A stretch of DNA of 64,000 nucleotides from assembly GCA_965219445.1 (NCBI GenBank), contig CBDCNQ010000002.1:512001-576000 (forward strand). Direction: 5' to 3'. Shown one piece after another: positions 37,045 to 47,207 of the stretch (within the stretch, counting starts at the first letter, position 1; each line of letters starts with the position of its first letter). The notes beneath the pieces are model-generated. The model made no database searches. It saw nothing but the letters and a program-made list of their open reading frames with translations, and was not told the origin of the DNA. Position numbers and translations under genes: made by a program. This DNA comes from Longimicrobiales bacterium. GTDB taxonomy: Bacteria; Gemmatimonadota; Gemmatimonadetes; Longimicrobiales; Gaopeijiaceae.

Positions 37045-38457
37045 TTAGGGAACGAGCAGCCGAACGATTCCGTCGTACTTGTTGAGCAGGAAAACCTGAT
37101 CATCGGGCCCTGGGCCGAAGCGCAGATCCGCGCGTGAGGCGGGCGGCTTGCCTTGGTCCGCGTTTTTTTCTTGAATGAGCTGAAGTAGTGTCTTCCCCTC
37201 GCCGGCGTCGTTGAGCAAGATGCGGCGGATGGCATCCTGTCCGCCGCTCGGGAGATCGTCGGCCTGGATATAGAAGATCTCTCCGCTCGGCTGGTCCGCG
37301 AACAGAACGAGGTCCGCAAGCTGGGGAATCGCATCGTCGCGGTACACGTGGAGGCCGGCAGCGGCCGATTGGGGCTGGAGTAACGGATCCAGTTGCCCCC
37401 ACTCCACCACCGGATACGTAACAGCGCGGTCGCCGCGCTGGTTGGCGAGATCGACCGCAGTTCGGCTGATAAACCGAAAACTCCCCTCCCAGACGTTCCA
37501 CCCGAGGTTGGCCCCGGCCGTGACCAGAGTGAGCTTCTCCACGATGTTCTGGCCGATGTCAGCGAGAAACATGCTGCCGTTCACCGGGTCCCAGCCGAAA
37601 CGCTGCGCATTTCGGATACCATAGGCATAGATTTCGCCCAGTGTTTCGTCGTCCCCGTCTCCTGCGAACGGGTTGCTGGCGGGGATCCCGTACTCGCCGT
37701 TGCCGCTGTTCGAGCCCAGCGGATCGATACGTAGGACTTTCCCGAAGATTGAGGCGAGGTTCTGCGCGTGGTTGAGCGGGTCGCCTCCGCTGCCTCCGTC
37801 CGCGACGGACACATAGAGCAGACCGAAGTCGGCGTCACCGGGCGAAGGAAGCGGGTTGAAACCGATCTGACCACCGTTGTGGTTGCGAAAGGGTTGTTCT
37901 ATCCGGAGCAGTTCCCGTGGTGGGCGGCCATCGTAGCTCCTGCCCCCGGGATTACTGGCGGTCCATTCGAGGAGGACCGTGTCATGCGCGTTTTCGCCAC
38001 CGCTCGGGGTGAAGTCGGGCGTCGGATCGATATTTCTGCTGTCCGTCCACGTGTAGAACTTCCCGTAACCACCAGTGCCGGGCTGACCGAACTGGGGATG
38101 GAAGGCGAAGCTCTGGAAGCCGGTTTCGCGCCTTTCGGATCGAACCCCGACTTCCCACCTCGGATCGTCGATGTCGACGTACTCGGTGACCGTCCGGCCA
38201 TCGTAGCTGACACTGTAGATCGGACCGCGCATGTCGTTGACGAATATGCGACCGGTGCCCGGCTCATCGACCAGCCGCATCATGCGCGCGGCTGTTCCAT
38301 CGATGTCCGGGATCGAAGTGAACTCGACGAAGTTGACGCGGATCACGCCCTCCCTCGATGCAATCGGATCCGGAAAGGGGTCGTTGGACGTCTGTGCAAA
38401 CAATGGAGACACGGTTAACAACGCCGCGGTCATCATGAGTTTTGCGTGTATGGTCAT
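37045..38457 (-). CDS. PQQ-dependent sugar (glucose/sorbosone) dehydrogenase family protein
   Basis: Signal peptide, FAFHPQF, QPFRNHNGG, LYVSVADGGSGGDP, GKVLRIDP, IYAYGIRNA, NLGW. Confidence 0.88.
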   Translation of the reverse strand: MTIHAKLMMTAALLTVSPLFAQTSNDPFPDPIASREGVIRVNFVEFTSIPDIDGTAARMMRLVDEPGTGRIFVNDMRGPIYSVSYDGRTVTEYVDIDDPRWEVGVRSERRETGFQSFAFHPQFGQPGTGGYGKFYTWTDSRNIDPTPDFTPSGGENAHDTVLLEWTASNPGGRSYDGRPPRELLRIEQPFRNHNGGQIGFNPLPSPGDADFGLLYVSVADGGSGGDPLNHAQNLASIFGKVLRIDPLGSNSGNGEYGIPASNPFAGDGDDETLGEIYAYGIRNAQRFGWDPVNGSMFLADIGQNIVEKLTLVTAGANLGWNVWEGSFRFISRTAVDLANQRGDRAVTYPVVEWGQLDPLLQPQSAAAGLHVYRDDAIPQLADLVLFADQPSGEIFYIQADDLPSGGQDAIRRILLNDAGEGKTLLQLIQEKNADQGKPPASRADLRFGPGPDDQVFLLNKYDGIVRLLVP

Positions 38458-38663
38458 CCGAGTTCCTTTGCCTTCTGGTTCAATTCCCGGGGCATCTTAC
38501 AATCAAGATATCCGACTGAAAAGGGCGCATGTGTTGCAATGTGGCAGACGTCTCCTACTTTCCTCCTGTTATTCCGCTCTGGCCTCGAGACGCCGCATGG
38601 GATGACCTGTGGACTGTCACGCCGGAGCTGGAGGCGAGCGACACGACATAAAGGGAGGCCGCC

Positions 38664-39758
38664 ATGAACGTATCGAAAAGAGTTGGATTGAAGCTGGCAA
38701 TAGCCAGCGCGGCACTGATGGTGCTGGGTGTAGAGGGCGCCCTCGCCCAGACGCTGCCACTGGTCAGCATACCGCCGATCAACGACCTGCCCAATCCGTA
38801 TCGCAGCGTGGACGGTTGGGCAGTGCTTCCCGACAACCGGGAGTGGGGATCGACCGCCGGAGTGGACATCGATCCGGACGGCGCCCACCTGTGGGCCATC
38901 GATCGGTGCGGCAGCAACAGCTGCGCCGACTCCGACGACGATCCAATCCTCAAATTCGATACTGAGGGGAACGTCGTGGCGAGTCTGGGCGGCGGGCTTC
39001 TGCTCTTCCCTCACGGGCTTCACGTGGACCGTGACGGCAACGTGTGGGTGACGGATGCGCGAGGACCGGACCCCTCGAATCCGAACACTGCGGGCAAGGG
39101 CCACGTGGCGATCAAGTTCAGTCCGCAGGGGGAAGTTCTTCTGACGCTCGGCTCACCGGGGGTCGCCGGAGACGGCACGGATGAATTGCTCAACACACCC
39201 TGCGACGTCGTTACCGACGCAGACGGCAACATCTACGTCGGCGACGGCCACGAGGGTCAAGGAACGGATGCGGGCCCGGAGACCGTCGCGCGCATCGCCA
39301 AATTCGACAGGTCCGGACGTTTCGTCGGGTCCTGGGGCAATTGGGGGGGCGGTGCTGGTGAAATGCGCACTCCCCATGCCGTGGACATCGACTCTCGAGG
39401 CCGGTTGATCGTCGGCGACCGCGGCAACAATCGGCTCCAGATATTTCAGCTCGACGGTACCTATGTCGGTGAGTTGAAGCAGTTCGGCCGCCCGAGCGGA
39501 ATCTATATTGCGGACAACGATATCATTTATGTGGCCGATTCGGAGTCGGCGTTCGACCAGCAGCGGAACCCGGGCTGGAAGCCGGGTATCCGTGTCGGGA
39601 GCCTCATGGACGGGCTCTCCGTCTCTTTCATAGACGGAGCCGTCGAGGCCTATCCCAATGGCTCGAACCCCGAGGGCGTGGCGGTGGACGCGGCCGGTAA
39701 CGTCTACGGAGCGGTGGTGTCCGGTGGAGGTGCTTTGGTGAGATCAACCAGGCGCTAG
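38664..39758 (+). CDS. NHL-repeat protein (peptidyl-alpha-hydroxyglycine lyase-like family), secreted
   Basis: GGAGG RBS, signal peptide, FPHGLHVDRDGNVWVTD, PHAVDIDSRGRLIVGDRGNNRLQIF, PEGVAVD. Confidence 0.88.
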   Translation: MNVSKRVGLKLAIASAALMVLGVEGALAQTLPLVSIPPINDLPNPYRSVDGWAVLPDNREWGSTAGVDIDPDGAHLWAIDRCGSNSCADSDDDPILKFDTEGNVVASLGGGLLLFPHGLHVDRDGNVWVTDARGPDPSNPNTAGKGHVAIKFSPQGEVLLTLGSPGVAGDGTDELLNTPCDVVTDADGNIYVGDGHEGQGTDAGPETVARIAKFDRSGRFVGSWGNWGGGAGEMRTPHAVDIDSRGRLIVGDRGNNRLQIFQLDGTYVGELKQFGRPSGIYIADNDIIYVADSESAFDQQRNPGWKPGIRVGSLMDGLSVSFIDGAVEAYPNGSNPEGVAVDAAGNVYGAVVSGGGALVRSTRR

Positions 39759-39779
39759 GCTTTCGTCAGATAACACCAA

Positions 39780-39815
39780 GAAGGCCCCTCCCGAAAATCT
39801 CGTGGAGGGGCCTTC
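39780..39815. terminator. Hairpin between convergent genes, probable bidirectional terminator
   Basis: Perfect 12-bp stem GAAGGCCCCTCC / GGAGGGGCCTTC. Confidence 0.7.
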
Positions 39816-39859
39816 ACTTATCGTCAATAACTCCAAATAATTACGTAGATGACCGGAGT

Positions 39860-40852
39860 CTAGTTTTTCACAAACTTCTTCAGATTCCGCCCCGAAACCT
39901 CACCAGCGTATACGTTCCCCATTCTGTCCACGGCTACGCCCTCCGGCAGCGCATTTTCGATGAATCCGATCTCCGAGAAATCGTTGGCGTTCGCGATCAC
40001 GATACCTTTTCTCAACTGGTAGTCCGCGACGTACAGTACGTCGTCGTCGGTGATGTCTATTCCGCTCGCCATGATGCCCCGCCACTCGTCGAGGTAGCGT
40101 CCGTTCTGGTCGAAGACCTGAATCCGCTCATTCCTACGGTCGCCCACGAAGAGGCGCCCTCTCGAGTCGAAGGCAAGGCAGTGGGGTTCGCTGAATTGTC
40201 CGGGACCGGTCCCTGCCCCGCCCCACGACATGATGAACTCACCGTCCTTCGAGAACTTCACGACGCGGTTGTTTCCGTGTCCATCGACTACGAAGATGTC
40301 ACCATTGGGAGCCACCACGACGTCTGCGGGACCATCGAACGTGTTCTGCCCCTCACCCGCGACGCCGGCTGTGCCTAGGGTCATCAAAAGCGTGCCGTCC
40401 GAGGTGAACTTCTTGACCTGATGGCCCTTGCCTGCTTCCCCGCGGGCATCCGTCGTCCATACGTTCCCGTCGTCGTCCAGGAAAAACCCGTGGGGCCAGA
40501 TGAACAGCCCCTCACCCCAACTGTCCACGAGCCTGCCAGAGGCGTCGTATTTGAGAACAGGGGTCACGTTTTCGCGCCCCTCGTCGCAGCTCGTCGAAAA
40601 ACACCGATGAAAGATCCAGAGGTTGCCATCGGCATCGATCTCTACCCCGATGGTCTGACCCCACGCGTTTACTCCGCTCGGTAGTTGAGCCCATCCGTCG
40701 ACGAGTCGGTAAGTCGACTCCTGGGGCTGAGCACCTTCCGGAGCAATCACGAAGGTGGCGAGGAGTGCTGCGATGAGACCAGATCCGATTCGATCCGCAA
40801 ATAGCATCAGGGGCCTCCAGACGTGCATGAGACGAGCATCGAGCTGAGTCAC
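39860..40852 (-). CDS. NHL-repeat protein (paralog of 38664-39758); start may be slightly downstream
   Basis: WPHGFFLDDDGNVWTTD, PHCLAFDSRGRLFVGDRRNERIQVF, PEGVAVD. Confidence 0.88.
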   Translation of the reverse strand: MTQLDARLMHVWRPLMLFADRIGSGLIAALLATFVIAPEGAQPQESTYRLVDGWAQLPSGVNAWGQTIGVEIDADGNLWIFHRCFSTSCDEGRENVTPVLKYDASGRLVDSWGEGLFIWPHGFFLDDDGNVWTTDARGEAGKGHQVKKFTSDGTLLMTLGTAGVAGEGQNTFDGPADVVVAPNGDIFVVDGHGNNRVVKFSKDGEFIMSWGGAGTGPGQFSEPHCLAFDSRGRLFVGDRRNERIQVFDQNGRYLDEWRGIMASGIDITDDDVLYVADYQLRKGIVIANANDFSEIGFIENALPEGVAVDRMGNVYAGEVSGRNLKKFVKN

Positions 40853-40922
40853 TTTCGAACCTATGGGGGCTGGCCCGGCCCGGCAAACCGACGAATCGGG
40901 TGGCCCAATGAGGCCGTGCCCC

Positions 40923-41585
40923 TTATCGCTTCCGGGCCAGCGTCAGCCCATCCCCCACGGGCAGCAAGCTCAGAGTCACTCGCTCGTCTTCGGCTAGCTT
41001 CGCGTTGATGGCACGGATGGCTTCGGTGTCCACGTCCGTCGCCGCAGGATCCACCACCTTCCCTTCCCACAGCGTGTTGTCGAGCGCGATGAGGCCGCCG
41101 GTACGCGTCAACTCCAGAGCTCGTTCGTAATACATGTCGTAGCCCTCTTTGTCGGCATCGATGAAGGCGAAGTCGAAGGTCCCGGCGCACCCCTCCGTCA
41201 GGAGACCGTCGAGGGTCTCCACGGCGGGCGCCAACCTCAGGTCGATCTTGTGGGCAACTCCGGCCTCCTCCCAATACCGTCGTGCAATCGTGGTCCATTC
41301 CTCGCTGATGTCACACGCCACCAGACGGCCGTCATCCGGCAGAGCCAGAGCCACCGCGAGGGCGCTATATCCCGTAAACGTGCCCACTTCCAAAACGTTC
41401 CGGGCCCCCATGAGCTCCACCAGGAAAGACATGAACTGCCCTTGCTCGGGCCCGATTTGCATGTTGGCTTTCTCCAAAGGAGCTGTTTCCTCTCTGAGCC
41501 GCTTCATCACGGGCGGCTCCCGCAGGGACACGTCCAAGATGTAGTCGTATAGCTCCTCGGGGAGGTTGTTGGTACGGCGGGTCAC
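40923..41585 (-). CDS. Class I SAM-dependent O-methyltransferase (caffeoyl-CoA OMT family)
   Basis: [42 protein letters not shown]. Confidence 0.95.
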   Translation of the reverse strand: MTRRTNNLPEELYDYILDVSLREPPVMKRLREETAPLEKANMQIGPEQGQFMSFLVELMGARNVLEVGTFTGYSALAVALALPDDGRLVACDISEEWTTIARRYWEEAGVAHKIDLRLAPAVETLDGLLTEGCAGTFDFAFIDADKEGYDMYYERALELTRTGGLIALDNTLWEGKVVDPAATDVDTEAIRAINAKLAEDERVTLSLLPVGDGLTLARKR

Positions 41586-41650
41586 AGTTCGGTCCTCACA
41601 ACGGGTCCGGGCTCATGGGCACCGCTCAAGGGTAGGCCACGTCCGACCAC

Positions 41651-43993
41651 TCAATACCTGAGCAGGTACTGCAGCTTCACGAAAATCGCCCGGTTCGTAC
41701 GGCGCAACCGATCAGTGAAGAACAGTTGATCGTCGACGCCGTCTCCGTCGCGATCCCCCTCGATGAGGTCTGCCTGCTGATAGTGATCGTCGTACCCGGC
41801 ATAGAAGACGGTTCCCGCGTTCAGGCGGTAATTGACGAGCACATTGAAGTCGAATGTTTCGTCGAGAGAGTTGAACTCGACGATGTTCCGCAGCGCGATT
41901 TTGTCGGTAAGTTGGATGTCCGTTCGCGCCCGCAGGATCTTCACGTCGAAGACCTCCGTGCCGTCGCGCGGATCCGTCAGCCGGCTGGTGTTCAAGTTAA
42001 GGTTGGTCTGTAGTCGGGCCATCGGCTTAAGCGTAGCATTGACGCCCCAGGTCGTGCCGTGGCCCAGGAATGGTGTGTCGCTGTATCGGACCTGATCCCC
42101 CGTCGAAAAATTCACACCGAACTGGTAGGTTCGGCTGGTATTCACTCTGCCCTGGATCCAAAGCCGGCTGCTCTCGAAGTCGGTCCCAAGGAAGCGCTCC
42201 ATATCCCTGCTGAGGGTCCAGCCGAAGTTGATGTTCCGTGCGAACTGGAAGTTCGTGGAGAGAGCGAAGTTCTCGTCTTGGAGAACATCGTCAAAGTCGT
42301 AATTCCGCGTGTAGCCCACGTGCGGACCCCAATTGATGAGCCATGTCTCTGGCCAGAAGCGGTAACTGAGCGTGGCGGTGCCCTGTCGGACGTCGGTGCG
42401 CCGGACGAAGCCCACGTCCGTGTCGAGGTCGGGAGAGATCTGATACAGGAAGAGGTCCCAGCCGACGTGGCGGCCCTCTCGGACCCAGCGAGCCGTGAGC
42501 ATGTGGCCACTCTCTTCGGAGGCATCCAATTCCTTGTGTAGCGTTCGTACCGCCCGAAACCTGAACACGGTGCTGGGATTCAGACGTAGATTACCGTCCA
42601 AGTCGAACATCCGGCTGTGACTGTCCATGAACTCCCGGTCGGTGATCATGGCGCCGACGGTCGACTCCGCATACACCTCGTAAAGCCCCCGACCGATGAA
42701 CGTGTAAGCGGACTGATCGAACAACGGGTCATCGGGGTCAGCCACGTTACCGGGAGCTCGATCGTTCGTGGCCAGCGCACCGAGCGAAACCGGACCCACC
42801 TTACCCGACAGCTTCGCCCCGTAGTCCGGGTCCACGATCGTACGCGTGTGCACGAGTGTGACTGGAGCCTGGATACGGAAGATCTCTGCGCCCTCCAGGA
42901 AGAAGGGCCTCAGCTCCCTGAAAAAGAGCGGGAACCTCTGGTTGACCTCGATCTGAGGCTGGTCCGACTCGATCTGTGAGAAGTCGGGGTTGACCGTGAA
43001 ATCGGCCGTGAGAGTCGACGTGATCCCATACTTCAGATTGATGCCCGCGTCGGGATCCGTACGTTGATTCGCGAATCCCGGCCGGGTCGGATCGATGGCG
43101 CCGTATTGGATCGCAGTGAATGTCGGCAGAATCTCGATGTTCCGGCTCGTCGAGAGGTCCGTCATCCCCTCCAGCACGCCCATTTGGCCCATGAAGCTGG
43201 ACTCGTCGCGCGACATGGGAGCCCACACGTCGTTTTCCTGATTCTTACTCTTGATCTCACGAACGATCTGAAACCCCCATCGATGGGGCTGACCCTCTGG
43301 AGGAGTGGGATAGCGGAGACTCTTGAACGGGATGGCCATTTCGGCCACGTACCCATCCTCTACGATTTGGCCGGCGGTCTCGAACAGGGCATCCCATGTG
43401 CGGTCCGCAAACGGAATCGGCCCGAAGCTTCCCGTCCGTGAGATGACCCCGTCGCCCTGAACTCCGTAAGGGTTAACGTCGAAATCATAGGCCTGCTGTT
43501 GATCCATGTAGGTGTCGAAGTAGACCGTCATGAGATCGTCCGCCGCGGCTCGGTCTCGATCTACCCGGTTCCCACGCATGATCGAGGGATCCTCGTAATG
43601 CACGTGAAACCCGAAGTAGAGCTGTTCCCGATCGTAGGCGATATAGATGTCGGTGGCCTCGGTTGCGGGCGCTCCCTCGAGCGGAGACTGCTGAACCAAC
43701 TCCGTGATTTTCGTGGCCGTCCGCCACACTTCGTCGTCGAGGCGGCCGTCGATCTCGGGTGGGGTGTCCGTCCGGACGGGGCTTATTCGTGGACGACCGG
43801 CGAGAGGGCCGAGATCGATGTCGTCGGCGATGACATCCGACGACGCCGGAGGCTCAACTGTTGCCTGTGCGGTGAGGGCGCCGGGGACCGTAGCGAAAAG
43901 GGCGAGACCGAACAGGATCCCGAACAAGGTAATAAGGCCCGAGGCCCCCAGGGGGGCTCCCCGGTCTCGGTCCTTACGTAGAGCTCTCGTCAC
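41651..43993 (-). CDS. CBM9-like / DUF5916 outer-membrane protein
   Basis: PEIDGRLDDEVW, AEMAIPFKSLRY, TVNPDFSQIESD, FFRELRPFFLEG, HTRTIVDP; beta-barrel-like C-terminus ending FVKLQYLLRY. Confidence 0.85.
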   Translation of the reverse strand: MTRALRKDRDRGAPLGASGLITLFGILFGLALFATVPGALTAQATVEPPASSDVIADDIDLGPLAGRPRISPVRTDTPPEIDGRLDDEVWRTATKITELVQQSPLEGAPATEATDIYIAYDREQLYFGFHVHYEDPSIMRGNRVDRDRAAADDLMTVYFDTYMDQQQAYDFDVNPYGVQGDGVISRTGSFGPIPFADRTWDALFETAGQIVEDGYVAEMAIPFKSLRYPTPPEGQPHRWGFQIVREIKSKNQENDVWAPMSRDESSFMGQMGVLEGMTDLSTSRNIEILPTFTAIQYGAIDPTRPGFANQRTDPDAGINLKYGITSTLTADFTVNPDFSQIESDQPQIEVNQRFPLFFRELRPFFLEGAEIFRIQAPVTLVHTRTIVDPDYGAKLSGKVGPVSLGALATNDRAPGNVADPDDPLFDQSAYTFIGRGLYEVYAESTVGAMITDREFMDSHSRMFDLDGNLRLNPSTVFRFRAVRTLHKELDASEESGHMLTARWVREGRHVGWDLFLYQISPDLDTDVGFVRRTDVRQGTATLSYRFWPETWLINWGPHVGYTRNYDFDDVLQDENFALSTNFQFARNINFGWTLSRDMERFLGTDFESSRLWIQGRVNTSRTYQFGVNFSTGDQVRYSDTPFLGHGTTWGVNATLKPMARLQTNLNLNTSRLTDPRDGTEVFDVKILRARTDIQLTDKIALRNIVEFNSLDETFDFNVLVNYRLNAGTVFYAGYDDHYQQADLIEGDRDGDGVDDQLFFTDRLRRTNRAIFVKLQYLLRY

Positions 43994-44175
43994 CCATATT
44001 CCTCATCTTGATGGATCTCATAGAAGGTCGGCAGATATGAAACCGTCTACTCAATTCCACCCGCCGCCGTAAGCCACACGGTTGAAGCTGCCAGGATCAA
44101 CTGACATTGACAACGGTCGTTTCGAGACCGTAGATGATGCAATTAAGACGTGTCTAACGGGGGAGAGAGAAAACC

Positions 44176-45366
44176 ATGAGTGAAAGATCCGAAGGCCACG
44201 ACACCCCAGGATTGAAGCGCCGGGAATTTCTCTCGGTCGGCGCCTTCCCGCTTGCGGCGGTGCTTGGGACTGCGAAAACAGGAGCCGTGAAATTGGGCGT
44301 CCCGGACGGGATGGGATCGACCCGATCGGCCCAGGACGTCATTCGGGTCGGACTGATCGGGGCCGGGGCCAACGTGCGCCGCGTCCAGATTCCCAGCTTT
44401 CGAAGAATTCCGGGGTGTGAGATCGTGGCGGTAGCCAATCGCAGCCTCGAGTCCAGTCGGCGGGTCACTGACGAGTTCAATATTCCCAGGGCCTATGCCA
44501 ACTGGAAGGAATTGCTCGACGACGACGGCATTGACGCGGTCTTGATCGGCACCTGGCCGTACATGCACAGCATGCTGACCCTGGCGGCATTGGAGAAGGG
44601 CAAACATGTACTGACCCAGGCTCGCATGGCGAACGATGCGCAACAAGCCAGGGACATGTTGGCGGCGTCGCGTCGCCACCCAGATCTCGTGTGTCAGTTG
44701 GTCCCGACGTCCACGAGCTACCGGATCGACAATGTGCTGAAGAGAATGATTGCCGACGGCTACCTGGGTGAAGTGCTGTCGGTCGAGATGCAGCGGCTGC
44801 AGCGCGGGTTCGCCGGTTTTGGCGGCGATCTCGGCTGGCGCCACGACGAGCAGTTCAGTGGTTTCAACACGTTGAACATCGGGTCTTCGTATGAATCGAT
44901 GATGCGCTGGTTCGGCCGGGGCAATCGGGTCATGGCGATGTCCAAGGTCCACGTGCCCTACCGCATGCGCGCGAACGGTCAAGCAGGCTCTGTCAGCATC
45001 CCCGACCACGTAGATATCCTCTACGAATTGGCCAACGGCGCCCAGGTCCACATGAAAATGAGCGCAACCAGCGGCCTATCCCCAGGCAGTCAGTTTTGGC
45101 TCTACGGCAGTGAAGGCACCATCTACGTCGACCAGGGGCAAAACGTCTTTGCCGGACGCCGCGGCGACACCGAGCTTTCCGAAGTCCCCAACCCTCCGGC
45201 GCAGCAGGCCACCTCCCGAGTGGAGCAAGAGTTCATCAACGCGATCCGAGGCCTCGAAGAGATTACGATGGTGCCCTTTGAATCGGGCGTTCACTACATG
45301 GAGTGGACGGAGGCCGTGCACCGAAGCTCGCAGACCGGCGAGGCGGTGTTTTTGCCGTTGTCGTAG
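44176..45366 (+). CDS. Gfo/Idh/MocA family oxidoreductase with Tat-like signal
   Basis: KRREFL twin-arginine motif, IRVGLIGAG, DAVLIGTWPYMH, GKHVL. Confidence 0.9.
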   Translation: MSERSEGHDTPGLKRREFLSVGAFPLAAVLGTAKTGAVKLGVPDGMGSTRSAQDVIRVGLIGAGANVRRVQIPSFRRIPGCEIVAVANRSLESSRRVTDEFNIPRAYANWKELLDDDGIDAVLIGTWPYMHSMLTLAALEKGKHVLTQARMANDAQQARDMLAASRRHPDLVCQLVPTSTSYRIDNVLKRMIADGYLGEVLSVEMQRLQRGFAGFGGDLGWRHDEQFSGFNTLNIGSSYESMMRWFGRGNRVMAMSKVHVPYRMRANGQAGSVSIPDHVDILYELANGAQVHMKMSATSGLSPGSQFWLYGSEGTIYVDQGQNVFAGRRGDTELSEVPNPPAQQATSRVEQEFINAIRGLEEITMVPFESGVHYMEWTEAVHRSSQTGEAVFLPLS

Positions 45367-45508
45367 GTCGGCCCGCGTACCAGATCTTCGTTGCCTTGTG
45401 GAGCGGGTCGTCGCCTTCGTGGTGTCAACGAAAGCGAACACGATCGTATAGCTCCCCCCAGCTATACGTACGACCCGAGTACGAATCTACGTAGTCCGGG
45501 TTACGGAT

Positions 45509-46966
45509 CTACCTCGTGCCGGAGCTCCCTCGACGGACGAAGACAGCGAAGAGGAGACCTCCGACGAGGACGGTCGCTAGAGAAAGGATGGACTCCACCG
45601 GGCGTCCCTGGAAGGCCCAGAACATCATCCACCCGGAAACCGCGAGAAAGAGGATGGGGCTGATCGGATAGCCCCAGGCCCGAAACGGCCGGTCGAGCTC
45701 CGGACTGCGAACCCGCAACACGATCACACAGGAAACGGCGAGACTCGCGAACAGGGTGAGCGTGAAGCCGGCATACTGCTGAATTTGGTCGACCCGTCCA
45801 GAAAGGATGATGACCGACGTCACGATCCCTTGAACGATGAGGGCCACGGCTGGAGCGCCGCTCCTTCGGGTCCGAGCGAAAAAGGAGAACGGTGTGAAGT
45901 CCTTGCCCAGAGCGTAGTAGACCCGCGGCCCCACCAGCGTCATCGCGGAGGCCGAAGCCAGGATCGACGCACACAGCACGACCGTTACCATACTCACTCC
46001 CCTGGGGCCGAAGAGCGTGCGCGACGCCACGAGTCCCACCTCTACCTGACCCGCCAGCTCATCGACGTTCGCCCCGTAGAAGTAGAGGGCGTTGAGCCCC
46101 AGATAGAGGAGCAGCACAGTCGCCGTGCCGAGGAGGAGCGCCCGTGGTAGATCCCGCTGAGGATATTTCATCTCCGCCGCGACGTAGGCCGCCGCGTTCC
46201 AGCCCGAGAAGCAGAACATTACGAAAATGAGCGAAGTGCCGAACGCCGCGAGGGTGTCGGTCCGGCTCAGCTCCTGGAAGGACGGGGAGACGGTGGCCAG
46301 GTTGGAGACGTCCCCACGGCCGATGGACGCCGCGGCGAGAAGGATCGCGACGATGCCGCCCACCTTGAAGACGGTCATGAAGTCGTTGAATCCGGTGCCC
46401 GCTTGGACCGCCCGGATGTGGATCCCCACGAGGAGCCAGACCAGCCCCACCGCGGTTAGATCGACGGCCGTTACCACGCCGCCCACGGTCGCTTCTTCGG
46501 CCAGGAAGGGGAAAAAGTAGCCGAGGTAGATGACGAAGCTCTTGAGCGCAGCGGCGACGGGAGCGGAAAACCCGGCCACCAGGGACACGAATGCACTCAT
46601 GAACCCGACGGCCGGGCCGTAGGTTTCACGGAGGTACACGTATTCCGCCCCGGCGCGGGGCATCATGGCTCCCAGCTCCGCATAGCAGAGGGCGCCGAGC
46701 AGTGCGAGCCCGCCCCCGATCACCCACAGCACGAAGATGAAGAGCGGGTGCCTGAGATCGGCAGCCTGGAACCCCGTGGTCGTGAAGATGCCCGCGCCGA
46801 TCATGTTCGCGATCACGAGGGCCGTGGCGGACCTCAGGCGCATGTGCCGCGTCAGCGCGCTCCGGTTCCCTCCGGTAGGTGCGATCAGAATCTCCTGTGA
46901 ACTGGGTAAGACGGGCGGGGGTGCTGCTTCGCGGGGAACGCCTCCGAGCGCCCGCGGCGGACGCAC
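45509..46966 (-). CDS. APC-family amino acid permease (true start probably ~80-120 nt downstream)
   Basis: VIANMIGAGIFTT, YAELGAMMPRAGAEYVYLRE, FSGWNAA, RPFRAWGYP. Confidence 0.92.
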   Translation of the reverse strand: MRPPRALGGVPREAAPPPVLPSSQEILIAPTGGNRSALTRHMRLRSATALVIANMIGAGIFTTTGFQAADLRHPLFIFVLWVIGGGLALLGALCYAELGAMMPRAGAEYVYLRETYGPAVGFMSAFVSLVAGFSAPVAAALKSFVIYLGYFFPFLAEEATVGGVVTAVDLTAVGLVWLLVGIHIRAVQAGTGFNDFMTVFKVGGIVAILLAAASIGRGDVSNLATVSPSFQELSRTDTLAAFGTSLIFVMFCFSGWNAAAYVAAEMKYPQRDLPRALLLGTATVLLLYLGLNALYFYGANVDELAGQVEVGLVASRTLFGPRGVSMVTVVLCASILASASAMTLVGPRVYYALGKDFTPFSFFARTRRSGAPAVALIVQGIVTSVIILSGRVDQIQQYAGFTLTLFASLAVSCVIVLRVRSPELDRPFRAWGYPISPILFLAVSGWMMFWAFQGRPVESILSLATVLVGGLLFAVFVRRGSSGTR

Positions 46967-47207
46967 GCCGGTCCTGTCCTCACGAAGAACCTATCCTAGC
47001 GGTGGAAGGCCCGGTTCGTCCACGGAAGGCCCCCTCCCCCAACCAATCCCAGCGCCGGGGCACTCTTGCGACTTCTTATACGGAAGAGGACACTCGAGGA
47101 GTCGGTGGGGAGGACGCCGAATGTGAGGCACTGGCGTTTTAGCCGATCAGAGGCTAATAGGAATGCCTGGTCGTCGTCCCGGAAAACACCGAACTAGGAG
47201 AGGTTCC

